Origin: Proteromonas lacertae
Taxonomy: Eukaryota
Reading direction: 5' to 3'
DNA: 41,638 nt
Assembly: GCA_002245135.1 (NCBI GenBank)
Contig: NGBS01000023.1
Span: 62,001-103,638 of the forward strand
Under the pieces are notes generated by a model that ran no database searches, was not told the origin of the DNA, and was given only the letters and a program-made list of their open reading frames with translations. A program made the translations under genes and the position numbers. Positions 13,544-26,582 of the stretch are shown in pieces; positions within the stretch are counted from its first letter, which is position 1, and every line of letters begins with the position of its first letter.

Positions 13544-14156
13544 ATGTCTAACCGATCTAGTTATGTTAACAACAATGAAACCCTTAGAAGCCTTGTATTA
13601 ATAGTCGTACTGATTATTTTAGAAGGGTGCTTTAGAGAACATAAATGCGAGTAAAATAGATAGATACAAAGAGCCATTGGTTAGGTTAAAGCAGCTGAGC
13701 CTCAGTATAGCTCAATCCCTTTTTTGTATAATTAAGTTTGTTATCCTATATAATGTGATAGTGAATAACTATGAAGTTAATTTAATAGAGATAAGTTATT
13801 TAAAAATGTGGAGCTGTGAAACATCAATTCCATACATTCATATTACAACTTTATTGTCCAAATATCCGAACCGTTTTCATAATTTAATTAAATCTTACTT
13901 TGGTGAAGGTATTAAAATCAAATTCTCTATTTGTAGAACCAATTGATATTCATTATTACTTTATATTCGTTTGTTTCTTTACGTTTTATGATACAAAGAA
14001 TATTTTAGGGGTAATGCTTTCAATATGTCACATTAGTAGCAATTTCTGTATTACTCAAGATCAAGTTAATAGTTTTGTTGATAAATTTGATTTACCATTT
14101 ACAATGTATTCTGATTTACAAACACATTTAGATCATCATAAGATGCACATATCTGA

Positions 14157-14205
<49 letters not shown>

Positions 14206-14802
14206 TTATTATTATGTACTGTTTAAATTAGTTGTAATCAAGATCCATATTCTATCAAATCATTTGCTGATTATTTCCTTGGTAATTCATCGTTCAATTC
14301 ATTTTTAGAATCGTTTAGGTTATTAAATATATATAATATAACAATTTTCCCTCAATTATATCAAAATATTCATCAGAGGAAATATTTTTATATAAATAAC
14401 CTAGGTAATAAATATTGCAGACCACCTAATGAATCTTGTGTAATTAGAATATACAGAAGTCTATTTACTGATTTACCACCACCATATTCGTTTGATTATT
14501 ATCCTTCTCATATGAATGAAGATATGTACATTTATATTACTATTAATATAAAGCAATTCTTCGCAAATACTATGTTTAGAAGCACAGGAGTGAGATCTTC
14601 TCATCTTTCTTCCAAAAGATGTATTTCAGGAAATAATGTTAGTACATCAGGTAGACCAAGAGTATTGTCAGATGGTTATTTGTCGTTGATCAATGTAGGA
14701 TCAACTAATTTTGGTTCAAAATCTACATCAAATTTTGTAAGTCCAAAATTAGCTCCTATACCTTCTCCAATGTTGGATAATAAAGTAGATATATTTACTT
14801 AG
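13544..14802 (+). CDS. Tandem family paralogue 2, 4 introns
   Basis: NNYEVNLI, YYFIFVCFF and LFTDLPPPYSFDY; last intron 14157-14231. Confidence 0.8.
14158..14200. repeat. (TA)n microsatellite in intron
   Basis: Seen directly. Confidence 0.9.
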
Positions 14803-15043
14803 CTTAGTATACTCGTAATTGTAAATAATACATGTGTTATATATAATGTTTATATATTATGTATTTATAACAAATGTGTATGTTTATGAAATCTTAATAA
14901 GCAAGCAAAAGAATTATAAACGATTGTAAAAAGAAAGACAAATTAATTTTGTTTAACCAAAATTTTGTTAAGTCATTCCACCCCCAATTAAAATAATCAT
15001 TTAAATTTTTCTCTATATATTAAGCAAATTATTTATTGATAAT

Positions 15044-16344
15044 ATGATCCTCCATTTTCCTAGTGCTGATACGCCTACAACACCTGATAATTCAATTGAT
15101 ATATTGGTATTTGTTGTTTCTTATACCTTTATAGTCCGAAGCATATGAAAAAATGAATAGTGTTAATAGTAAAAACCAAAAAGAACCATATATACCTTTA
15201 AAAGATTTGAACCTTACACTTTCGCGATTGTGGCTATGTACAAAATTTATATAATCTTTTTTATTCTCAATAGTTAATAATTATGAAGTAAATTTAATAG
15301 AAAATTCGTATTTAATACTATGGGGAAGTGATACGTCAGAACCGTACATCTTTGTGAATCAGCTATTAAGTCAATATCCAGAACAATATCACAACCTTAT
15401 AAAAGCATTTTTTGTAGATAGTATAATTATGTTGTTAAATTGTTATAGATTTCGTCACTTACTATGACTACTTCAATTTTATCTGTTTTTTCTTATTTTT
15501 CGATATCAATCACATATTCCTACTACTAATGTCAATGTGTCACATCCACAGTAATTACTGCATAAACCGAAATAAAGTCGAAGAATTCCTTTCTATGATT
15601 CATGGTAATATACATACATTTCCAGATATTTATATATATTTAGATCAATATAAAATAGATCTGCCTGATATGCAGAATAATACATATTCAATAAAGAGTT
15701 TTATACGTTATTTTACAAACTGTTTTATATTTGAAGATTATATATATAAATTGAAACAAACTATTTTGTTTTTAACCCTAACCGAATCAAACTATAATAA
15801 TATAATCCAGAGACAGTTATATTTTAAATCTCAACATGGCAATCATATAATATCAACAATAGAAAAAGATTCAAAAAATAAGAAGAATAAGAAGAAGAAT
15901 AAAATAGATAAACACAATTTATTAAAAAAGAAAGAAGATGTATATGAAGAAGAAGAAGAGGTTATTTCGTTACATGAGAGTTGTACTTCGAAAATGTTTC
16001 GATTACTCTTCACCAATGCTCCTTCTCCCGATGAATATGATTATTCATTTGATCATTATTCACAAGATAACTTTGAAAAGGTTACTTTAATATTAAGGCA
16101 GAAGTATGGATATTCATATAGGGTAAGTAATTGCTGTAATGAGTTTAGACCAAGATCTTCAAAACAAATAAGTCACTGTTCATTATTATCCAATAAAGCA
16201 ACAAAAGTAAGATCATATTCAACAGATGTAATGTCCTTTATAAGTCAAACGAGCTTATCTCCGAAGTGTAATTTTTCAAGATACAAAATTGTTCCTATGT
16301 CTCCCATTTCGTGTAAATTAAGTGAAAGTCATGTGAATTCATAA
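15044..16344 (+). CDS. Tandem family paralogue 3, 3 introns, Lys/Glu-rich insert
   Basis: NNYEVNLI, MCHIHSN, YSIKSF, LFTNAPSP and LRQKYGYS. Confidence 0.8.
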
Positions 16345-16557
16345 AATGTACATTGATCATTTGATTTATTAAGATGTTTTTAGTGTTATATTAATTCCTC
16401 CTATGGATATAATTATAATATGTGTATTTAATCCTAGAAACGTGATAATATGTTGTTTATTGAGATATTATAATCAATAAAAATGAAAAAAATGAATAAC
16501 GTCGATTCTTTAATTTGCGTAAAATCTAGTCATCTATAAGTTATTTAAAAATTTTGG

Positions 16558-18216
16558 ATGAACAAAAAGTATTCTCAAATCGTGTTACCTACTCGTACGG
16601 AGTCTATATCTACTCCGTCAATAACTTGTGATGAATTAGTATACACCATGTATTTTATCGTTTAGAAAAAAGCATTAGACTTATCAGAGTCTGTATTTTT
16701 TGATAGATCGAAGCGTTTGCTTTTACCTCTTCGCTGTAACGCATTACAGATGGCAAAAGTGTGTTGCCGTATATATATAATATAATATAATATAAATATA
16801 GTGAATATTTATGAAGTTAACTTAATATTTAAATCCTATCTTTTACTCTGGCGAAATCAAATGAATATAAATTACGTACCCCTTAAGAAGTATTTAAACT
16901 TGTTTACCAAAGATCAACAAGGTCTTATAAAAACATTCTTTGAAAATACTGAAATTAGTTTTGAAGACTATTTCTTATGTACATGTCTATATATATTCTT
17001 TGATATCCATCATTTGTTGTTATTATTACTACCAATGTGTAGAATATATAGTAACATATGTATAACACAAAATCAAGTTGATGATTTCTTTAAGCAGCTG
17101 AATTTACAAGCAGGCTTATATAGTGACATAGAAAAAGTCTTAGAGAAATCATTACTGTCACTTCCAGGTTGTCCATATGGTGCATTTTCAATCAAATCTT
17201 TCACAAATTATTTCAAAGGTTCAATTGCCTTTCAAACTCTATTATATCAATTAAGAATCATACTTAGCGATAGAGCTTTAACTCCAAGAATATATAAAAA
17301 CATAGTTCAAAGAATGAAGTATCAATATTACTTAGCAGAAGAAAGATTTTTAGGTTCTAATAAATCTAATAATAATAACAAAGATAACAGAATACCAAAA
17401 CCATTTAATAGTAACGCAATAACTCCAATTGTAACTCCAACTCCTTCACCTCCAAGTAGTCCTTTGCCTGATACTACTATTACTGCTACTACTGATAATA
17501 ATAATTGTAATATTAATACTAATATATCATCATCATCCTCTTTACCACCTACTTTACCATTATCTCCTACACTAAGTATGCCACCAATGATTACTGTTAT
17601 TCAAGTAGCAAATAATAATAATAGTAATAATAATAATAATATGAATTTAAATAGATCAGTTACTACGAATAATGACAATAACAATAATGATAATACAAGT
17701 ATTATTACAGCTACTACAGCAATACAAACTACAACTACAGATGCATATTACCATTTTCCTCATAGCAGTCCATCTTCACTTCGTAATAGTTGTGATTTCA
17801 ATGATGTAAATAGTAGTGTCAGTAATAATAATGGTAGTAGAATTAGAAAAGAAGTATTACCACCCACTGAATCAGTGTGTCAGAAGATTACTAGAGTATT
17901 GTTTAGTATTGAACCACCACCTAATCACGCTGACTTTCTGTTAGAGAGAGATGTGTTCATCAATGGATTAGATAATATGATATATATATTGAAGAAACAA
18001 TATGGTTATTCTACTAGATGTAACTCTATTAGAGATGTCATAACCTCTGGAAGACAGAAATCGCTTAATTTCACTAGGAATATGATGATATCCATGAGTA
18101 ATAGAAAAGGTAGTTCTTCTTTACCTAGTAGTCCACATGTTGTAAAACATACTTCCTTAGGATATCATAATCCGAATTTAAAAATTCAACCTTTGCCAGA
18201 GATAGCTGAAAATTAG
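16558..18216 (+). CDS. Tandem family paralogue 4, 2 introns, long Asn/Thr/Ser/Pro insert
   Basis: NIYEVNLI, EDYFLC, LFSIEPPP and LKKQYGYS. Confidence 0.8.
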
Positions 18217-18379
18217 TATTTTGATATTTACATTAGCTTTTTATTTATTTACAGTTACATTTACATTTCTTAAATTATTTGTTGATTTACACCAAAATAA
18301 CTTTAAAATCAAGCCGAGCTTTTATCTATTTTTTTTCTTTTTTTCTGTTTATTCATTCAGATGTTAGTTCTTACTTAAT

Positions 18380-19629
18380 ATGTCTTTTTGTAGCACCACT
18401 AATAATTATTCTATGACAGGGCAGAAAACACCGTCACTACAAGAACTGGTATAATCCCTCATTTTTATTATTTTGTGTAGAAAGAAGCTGTGAAAAGATG
18501 TACAACACACGGTAAATACAAGTGTAATTTAATGCTACCGTTGAAAACCCTGTCCACGTCAATGGCAACCACTTTATATTGTATGATAATATATGCTTAT
18601 ATTATAGTGAATATATATGAAATAAATGTTGTTGCAAAATCCTATATACTTTTATGGAAGACATGCCAAACAGATTTGTATATAAATGTGGAGTTACTGT
18701 GTCATTCATATCCAAAGCAATATCACAATCTACTTCAGTCATTCTTTTACGATAAGAAAGTATACTGGGATGAGTACTTCCTATTTGTATGTTGTTTCTT
18801 GTTTTGTGATATATATCAAATTACAAACTTGTTATTATCGATCTGTAGAATTCATAGTAATTTAATAATAAGCAGAGAACAAATACAGAAATTCTATAAT
18901 CTACTCTGTTTAACATCCACAAATTTTGGTGATATTGAAATTATATATAAATCATTAGATAGTCTAATCATTAATTTAACACCCATAAAACCACCCAAAG
19001 TGTATTCATTAAAGAATTTTACCGAATATATGAACAATTCAACACAATATCAACAAATAATCATCAATTTTCGACAAAATATGATAATGTCAACATTATC
19101 ATTAAGGATATATAAGAATATCAAATTGCGTCAAGATTTTTATGATTTGAATGGTGGAAATAAGATTCCACCATCTGAACCATTATTATCCATTTTATAT
19201 CGTCGATTATTCACACATGAACCTCCTCCTTATTATTATGACTTTGGATTACAAATAAAAAAAGGAAATGAGTTGAATCAAGTTGTAAACGGTATAAGAC
19301 ATTTGTTTGGTTATTCAACTAGAATAAAAAAGTGTGTTTCTATGCCGAATTGTTATATGAAAAGGAAATCTTATGAAATATGTAATACTAATGAAAAAGA
19401 TGATGATAAAGATGGAGAAAATAAAAAGAGCTTTTTGATTAAAAGAAAGGTAAAATCATGTTTGTTGTTAAATAATATAAGATGCAATAATTATAGTAAC
19501 TGTGATGAAAATAGAAGTAAATTGAACGATGTACTAAATATTACAGATAAATCATATTTTCATAAGAAGCAGATGAATTTTTTAAGTCGTTCAAAAGTTG
19601 TACCATTCGAGGAATGTGATAATTATTAG
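18380..19629 (+). CDS. Tandem family paralogue 5, 2 introns
   Basis: NIYEINVV, DEYFLFVC, LFTHEPPPYYYDF and LFGYSTR. Confidence 0.8.
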
Positions 19630-19828
19630 ATTAATAGAGTTTTTTGTTCTTTTTTTGTTGTATATGTTTTTGTTTTTTGTATTGATGCACATAATGTTAA
19701 AATTTATAAATTATACTAATAATGAATGATAATGATTCATTGAGAATTGAATCGTTACACTTGTGGGGGTTGTCGGGTAAGAAATTATAAAATACTCACG
19801 AATTACAGCAGGAAAAAATTGATACAGT

Positions 19829-21025
19829 ATGTCAAACAATAATCAAGGTCCAGAAGTATGTCTGGACACGGAAATTTCTCTTGAGGATCTAGTATTCTTG
19901 CTATTAGTTATATACTTAGAAGGAATCTCTCGGTTACTTAGTAAACCACAAGAAAGTAGGATCTAAACTACTCTTATTACCTGTAAAGGCTTTAGACTGT
20001 TTAATGGCTAAAACACTTTTTTGTATTAATAAATATACATTTTATATCACTTAGTAAACATATATGAGATTAATTTAATATCGTGTTCATATATAAGGCT
20101 GTGGAATTCAGATACCTCAATTAATTATGTACAGAAAACAAAGTTAATGGCGTTTTTTCATTGTGAATATCATGGTTTTGTTCAATTATTCTTCCAAACA
20201 GATACAGTTTCATATGAAGACTATTTTTTGTTTGTGTTTTTTTTCATGTTTTTTGATAATACTCATATCATACCATTATTAATGTCAATGTGCAAGATAT
20301 ATAGTAACATATGTGTAACATATGATCAAATCCATGATTTTATGATACACTTTTTTCTAAAAGAAGAAGATTACGATGATTTAGAAGATGTATTAGAACA
20401 ATATAGAATGGATTTGCCAGATTATTCATGTGATACATATCCAATAAAAGTATTTACACAATATGTAAAAGATTCTCAGCCATTTAATAAATTAATTCTA
20501 GAATTCAAAAATTATCTCATCAATTATACACTTACACCTCAAACATATGAAACAGTAGTAAATCGAATTGAATTTTACTTCAAAAACAGTAATAATTTCG
20601 GCAATAATATAAATTTTATTCATCCACCAAAAGAACCATTCTGTAAGAAGATGAAAAGGAAGACATTCACTAATATACCAGCTCCTTATCATTTTGATTA
20701 TGGTCTACAGTATCCAAACTCAGAATCTAAGGATCATGTGCTTTTATCGCTTAAACAGAAATTTGGTTATTCAGTTCGTAAAAAATCTGAACATCCATCA
20801 CTTAGTCCTGGTTCTCCCATAGTACATTCAAGGTCATCGGCTTTACCTGCTCTTAATTCACGAGCATCCGCTAAAGATACAATCCGAACAACCTCTGCGA
20901 TACAATTAATAGGTGCGCCAATGGAACAGAGCATATCTCGAAAATCTACTCAGTATAGTAGAGTGATGTGTGTGTCCCAAAGCAAAAATCGTGTGGTACC
21001 TGTTAATAATGAGTCAAGTCAATAA
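19829..21025 (+). CDS. Tandem family paralogue 6, 2 introns
   Basis: NIYEINLI, EDYFLFVF, TFTNIPAPYHFDY and LKQKFGYS. Confidence 0.8.
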
Positions 21026-21238
21026 TAATGTGTATGTGTGAAAATAGTGTTTTGTAATAGTAAATTCAAATATAATTAAATTAGATTATTTATAATGAAT
21101 GGATGGATGTTGTATCTATTTTTTAAAATGTTTTTATTAGTTTTTTTCTTTTACATGATTTGATCGAACCTCAATATACAAGCCTAATGATTTGATCCAT
21201 AATCGTTTTTATTTTTATTTTCGATTTTGTCAGCCAAA

Positions 21239-21989
21239 ATGACTTCTAGAGTAGCTGAAATGATGAAAAATGATATTGGTGCTCCATTTGATTATTCTTG
21301 GAGAGAATTAAATTCAATGGATGGTATTTTTTTCAACATTTACATTTAGAATTGGTTGAAGAAGTAGAATACGAAAGAGAAGAAGATGCTAAAATAGAAC
21401 AAGAAAAAAGAGATAAGAAAAAAGCAGAAGAAAAGAAAAGACATCCAATAACTCAACAAGATGATGATGACGAGGATAAAAAGAAAGAGGAAGAACCACC
21501 ATTATTACCAGTGCATAAATCAAATGCAATTAAAATGAATAACAATACAATAAAATCAATGGTAGGTTTACCAGCAGCAATAGCTACAATCACTAGTAAT
21601 CCAGAGATATTACAATGGTTGGATTTTTCATTTAATGAAATTGAAGAAATTGATGATGTATATTCTATATTTTTTAATTTATTATTATAAAATAGTGTAT
21701 ATTAGATTACCAGACTTTAACAACATTATATTTACATAATAATAATATTAGTGATATTAAAACAATAGATAAATTACATGATTTACCAAAATTGAAATCA
21801 TTAACATTATATAGCAATCCAATAGAAGATATACCCAATTATCGTTTAACAGTGTTATTTAAAATACCACAACTACTACAACTTGATTTTAGCCCAGTAA
21901 CCAGACAGGAACGAGTAACAGTTGAAACTCAATCAAAATGGATTATAAAAAAAGAAAAAAAGAAGAGAGTTAAGAGAGAAGAAGATTAA
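21239..21989 (+). CDS. LRRC51: LRRC51-like leucine-rich repeat protein
   Basis: PFDYSW, WLDFSFNEI, LYLHNNNI, LTLYSNPIE..YR and LDFSPVTRQER (LRR cap); two short introns. Confidence 0.75.
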
Positions 21990-22100
21990 TATAATAATTT
22001 ATTTGTTTATTTTATTTTATTCTTTAATATTCCAAAAAAAAAAAACTACAAACAAAATAAATGAGAAAATAATAATAATTAACGAGTTATAAACAATACT

Positions 22101-23161
22101 TTACTTCAAATGATTATGAGATCTAAAGCTTCCCCACATAATATACCTCTTCTGCAATTCAAAAGCAGTTAGTGCTATAGCATATAAAGGAGCTTGAACT
22201 GCCATTCTTGGTATAGCACCTTTAAAGAATGCACCAAAACCTTCTTTTATATATATCTTTTTCATTAATGTGATAATACTATCTTTCATTTTATTGCCTT
22301 CTTGTGCTTGAGTTCTAGTTTTCATTACATCAAATGGAGTGACTATTAATAAAATAATAATTGTTAAATATAAAATATACATAAACCAGCAGAAAAAGAA
22401 CCAGCAACAATTCCACTAATCATTAAACCATACATTGGAACATTATTCTCATCTTGTGCGAAGAATGTCTTAGTATATGCTATTATACATTACATAAATA
22501 AATAAATAAAAATATATATATATACAATTCAATGGGAAAAACAACATTGAATATGGGATATCTCTACACCAACATAATGAAGCTCCTTTATACAATCCTT
22601 TAAGTCCCAATTGCTTATATATTTGTAATAGCGGTGTTCTTTCACTTGGTGGGATTTTAGCTTGAATTTGCATCTTTATTTTGGTTATTTCCATTGGATT
22701 TGTGGCAAATACTTGAAACAATCCTGCTGCCCCTCCTGCAACTATACCATGGAATAGTGAAACATGACCATTAGGATCTGTCCAATATTCACGCAATCCA
22801 TCATTTACTGCTAATTTAATGGCTTTTTCTGGAACTACGCCAATTAGATTAGCTCCCAAACCTCTAAATAATAAAATAAGCACTTATACGCATAGAATCC
22901 TCTGAAACCTTCTGTTTTTAAGATGGTATTAAAGCAATGAACAACACCTTTGTATTGCTTCACTCCATTTTTCACCACTTGCCTCTAGATTATAATGCAA
23001 TTAAAAATACTTGCAACCTTGTTTTAATCATATCCAAAGGATAGACTATAGAAGTACCAATCAATCCAGCTGAACCGCCTACACACAATTTTGCCGAAAA
23101 TTTAACCTAGCAAATAAAATATTACTCAATATACTTTCTTTATATCTGATTTGTCACTCAT
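22101..23161 (-). CDS. Mitochondrial carrier (SLC25), glutamate or aspartate-glutamate carrier-like, no EF-hand extension
   Basis: Three signatures PLDMIKTR, PMEITKIK and PFDVMKTR, plus LIGVVPEKAIKLAVND typical of AGC/GC carriers; multi-exon. Confidence 0.9.
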
Positions 23162-23497
23162 TCAATTTAAAAAAAGAGAAAAATGAAAATGTGAAATATG
23201 GCCGTTTCAGAGTATGACGAATTACATCCCTAAAAGACACACATTGTATTTTAATATTCAAAAAACTAAAGCATCACATTTACTGTCTCCAACACTATAA
23301 AATAATCTATATTTTTCTAATCAATACACTAATCAGAATTACAAAACAAAACTCAAAATAAATATGGGCATATTCTTATTTGCAATGTTATAATTATCAT
23401 AATCATTTCATTCCTTTCATCATTCAGTAGATAACCTCAAATTTCAAAATTCTATTTCTCAAGCCGAGTTTTTATTGAATCTTTTTTTCATAAATAA

Positions 23498-23939
23498 ATG
23501 CCAAAGTATATTTAATTTTATTGATATATACCATCTAATAGATATCACAGATTAGCTAGAGGTACTGATGAGGATTATGATGAAGAAGCAAGTATATATT
23601 TTCTATATAACTCAAATAGCTCATTATGTTAGGCCATCATTTCCATTTTGTTGTTGCAAATTTATAGGATATGGGAAATTATTTTTTTGCTCAGTGATGT
23701 CATTCATTGGTTTTGTATTCTTGTTCGTTTGTTCCGTTTTTATGTATAAACATTCACCCTATTTGGATTTGGGTAATATAACTGATGAAGATTTCGATGG
23801 AATGGGAAGTTCAACAAGAGGAGCTGCTTATGTGTATTTCTCAATATTTTATTTGTTCTTAATGTATAGATATTTGGCATTTTTATTATTATGTGGAATT
23901 CAGTTTTGCTTACAAAGAAAGATTATTACTCATCCTTAA
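23498..23939 (+). CDS. Small two-TM protein, RNASEK (V-ATPase subunit f)-like
   Basis: Three introns; FCSVMSFIGFVFL...KHSPYL and GAAYVYLAFLLLCGIQ resemble the RNASEK pattern. Confidence 0.55.
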
Positions 23940-24097
23940 AGATATTTTAGCTATTACAACTAAATGTTCAAGTTGATCGTTCTATTATTTAAATTTATTA
24001 TTTTTGTTTTATTATGAAGTTTTTGTGAGTTTTTTATGAATGGGTTATTGCAAAACTTTTTTTGATACACCTAATCGTTTTATTTTTGTTTTTTTAA

Positions 24098-25093
24098 ATG
24101 CCAAGCAAACCAGGTTCTAGACGTTCTAGTCGTATTAGTCAGAGAAATCCACAAGCTGAACTTGAAGCTAAACGAAATGCTAAAGCTAGTATTTTAAATC
24201 ACTTTATATTTGAATAGCTATTGAAGATGATTTAATTAAAAATGCTGCATATGGTAATTTAGCATCAGTGAAGACTTTAGTGACACAAAAAGATATTAAT
24301 GAAAAAGATTTCTGTGGAAGAACTGCATTGGTATGGGCTACACGTAATGGTCATATTCCAGTAATGAAATTCTTATTTGATGAAAAGGCTCAACAGACTG
24401 TAGCACCAGGAGGTTTGCATTTAACTCATCATGCTGCACACTATTATAATGAAAATGTAATTGAAGAATTAGTAGCTAACGGTTCAAGTGCAACATGTGT
24501 TGATGATGCAGGTAATACACCATTACATTGGGCAGCTAGAAGAGGTATTTTAAATCCAATCCAAAGTTTATTAAATGCTGGTGCAGATTTACAAGCATTA
24601 AATGATCATGGATGTACAGCATTACATTTAGCAGCAAATAATGGACATGTATATACATATTTGTTCATTTATATATTATTTATAGTTTACAACAGTATCA
24701 TTTTTATTAAAGCAAGGAATTAATCCAGATATAGGTGATTTAGATGGTAATACAGCAGTTCATTATGCAGCAGCAGTAGGATTTCAGAATGTATTAGAAG
24801 TATTATATGAAAATGGTGCAAATATGTCACTTCCTAATAAAGATAATAAAACACCTTGTGATGTAGCTTGTATTCCAGCAATTAAAGAATATATAAGAAG
24901 TGTAGGAGGAACTGAGAATGAAAAACCAACAGAAGAAGATGAAGAACCAGATATTGAAATATTTACAGGTGAAAATAAGACTGAAGAGGGAGGTGAAGGT
25001 AAGAGTGATGAAAATAAAGAAGGAGAAGAAGGAGCTGGTGAAGGTGGAGAAACTGCAGCTGAGAATAGTGAAGAAAAGAAAGGTGATGAATAA
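24098..25093 (+). CDS. Ankyrin repeat protein with acidic tail
   Basis: GRTALVWA, GNTPLHWAA, GCTALHLAA and GNTAVHYAA; two introns. Confidence 0.9.
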
Positions 25094-25240
25094 TTGTAGA
25101 AATAATAAACAGTTTATTTATTTTTATATTGTTCTTTGTTGTTTTATTAAAATCATAATACAGAAGAAATGAAAAATAAAATTAGAGAAATGTTATTAAA
25201 AATTCAAAAATCAAAAATATATATATCAACCTTAATTCTT

Positions 25241-26228
25241 TCACAGTTCATTTTCTGTTGAGTTTTTCTTATCATTACTTTCAGATTTGTGAATAGTTTT
25301 TTCAAATTCTTCTTTAGATATTCTTTCCATATTCTCAGAACCTAGTGTAAAACTACCAGAAGTTCCATTCAAATTAATAGTGTTATTAGTTGGATTTATC
25401 GTTGTTTCATTTGCCTTTGCTGTTGGTGTTGGTGTTGGTGTTGGTGTAGATGGTTTTGGAGGAGGTGGTTTGGGGGTATTTTTGGCTTCTTTATCTACTT
25501 GCTCTTCCATAGCCCACCATGTATGCATATTTGTTGGTTTCTTTCCTTTTAGTAAAGTTCCCCAATTACCTTCATTACTCTTCATTATGTTGAATGTTAC
25601 ACGACCTACTGCTGCCATTGTGTATGAGCTGTTCTATTTATCATATGAAATATAATAATATATACATCTGGTTTGACTGGTCTCCAAAATGGAAATCTCA
25701 ACACGAAATATTTCTTTGTTGATGGACATTTTGCTCTGAAATCAATATGTGTGTCGTTTAATACATATGATTCAGTATCACAACCTAAAGTGGCTGGAGT
25801 ATCCCATCTTGATGCAAATTTCACATTTAAATAAACATATTTATCGGATTGTGTCCATTGAAATGCAGGAGATATTTCTGGCCATTCCTTACCGGCGCTG
25901 TTTAGAGTATCAATTATTTTCTTTAGCTCGTTTTTAATAACAGATGATGTTCTGTATACAGAACTTGATACATCTATTTTTTTATTGTGGGCTATTAATA
26001 CAAGCCTTTCAGCTTCATTCCACCATCCTCTATTCATAGCCTATCAAAGAATTATATTTTTATTCATACGATTGAAACATAAGTTTTATCATATGGTTCA
26101 CTGCCAGCTTTCTCAAATTGATCAAGCCATTGTTGAGCTTCTTGTTCAGTTTTACAGTCTCTAAAGTCCTTTGGTAAATCTGCATAAATAAATGCAAATA
26201 ATATTGCAAACAAAACAACAGATTTCAT
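25241..26228 (-). CDS. CS (p23-like) domain protein with signal peptide and C-terminal ENEL (probably ER lumen)
   Basis: N-terminus MKSVVLFAILFAFIYA; PAFQWTQSDKYVYLNVKF; two introns; ends STENEL. Confidence 0.75.
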
Positions 26229-26582
26229 TAAAAATGAAAGGGAAGATTCTAGAAATCAAACAATTGGCGAGCTTTAACTGGCTAATATTTATTTTGTGTT
26301 TTTGAGAGTGTTTAGCCATAAGCAACACTCTATACTTCAGGTGTATGATATACAAATATTGTATATTCAATTATCTACATAAATATATGAGTTTGATTTT
26401 TTGCTAGAATGATTGGTTTTCTTTAACATTATTCTGCTCTTTTATCCTTTACAACATTTATTACTATTAAATCTTTGATAAAAACTCTTCAAAATTGCGT
26501 GTTGTTCGATTTTTATTATTGAGGCTTATTCTGACACAAATTGCTATTTAATTGATTCACCATAATTTCTTTTAGTGAAAAA

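Noticed and set aside
26161..26370. 69-aa ORF as the N-terminus of the CS-domain gene
   Set aside because: The ATG at 26228 in another frame gives a signal peptide and splices in frame.
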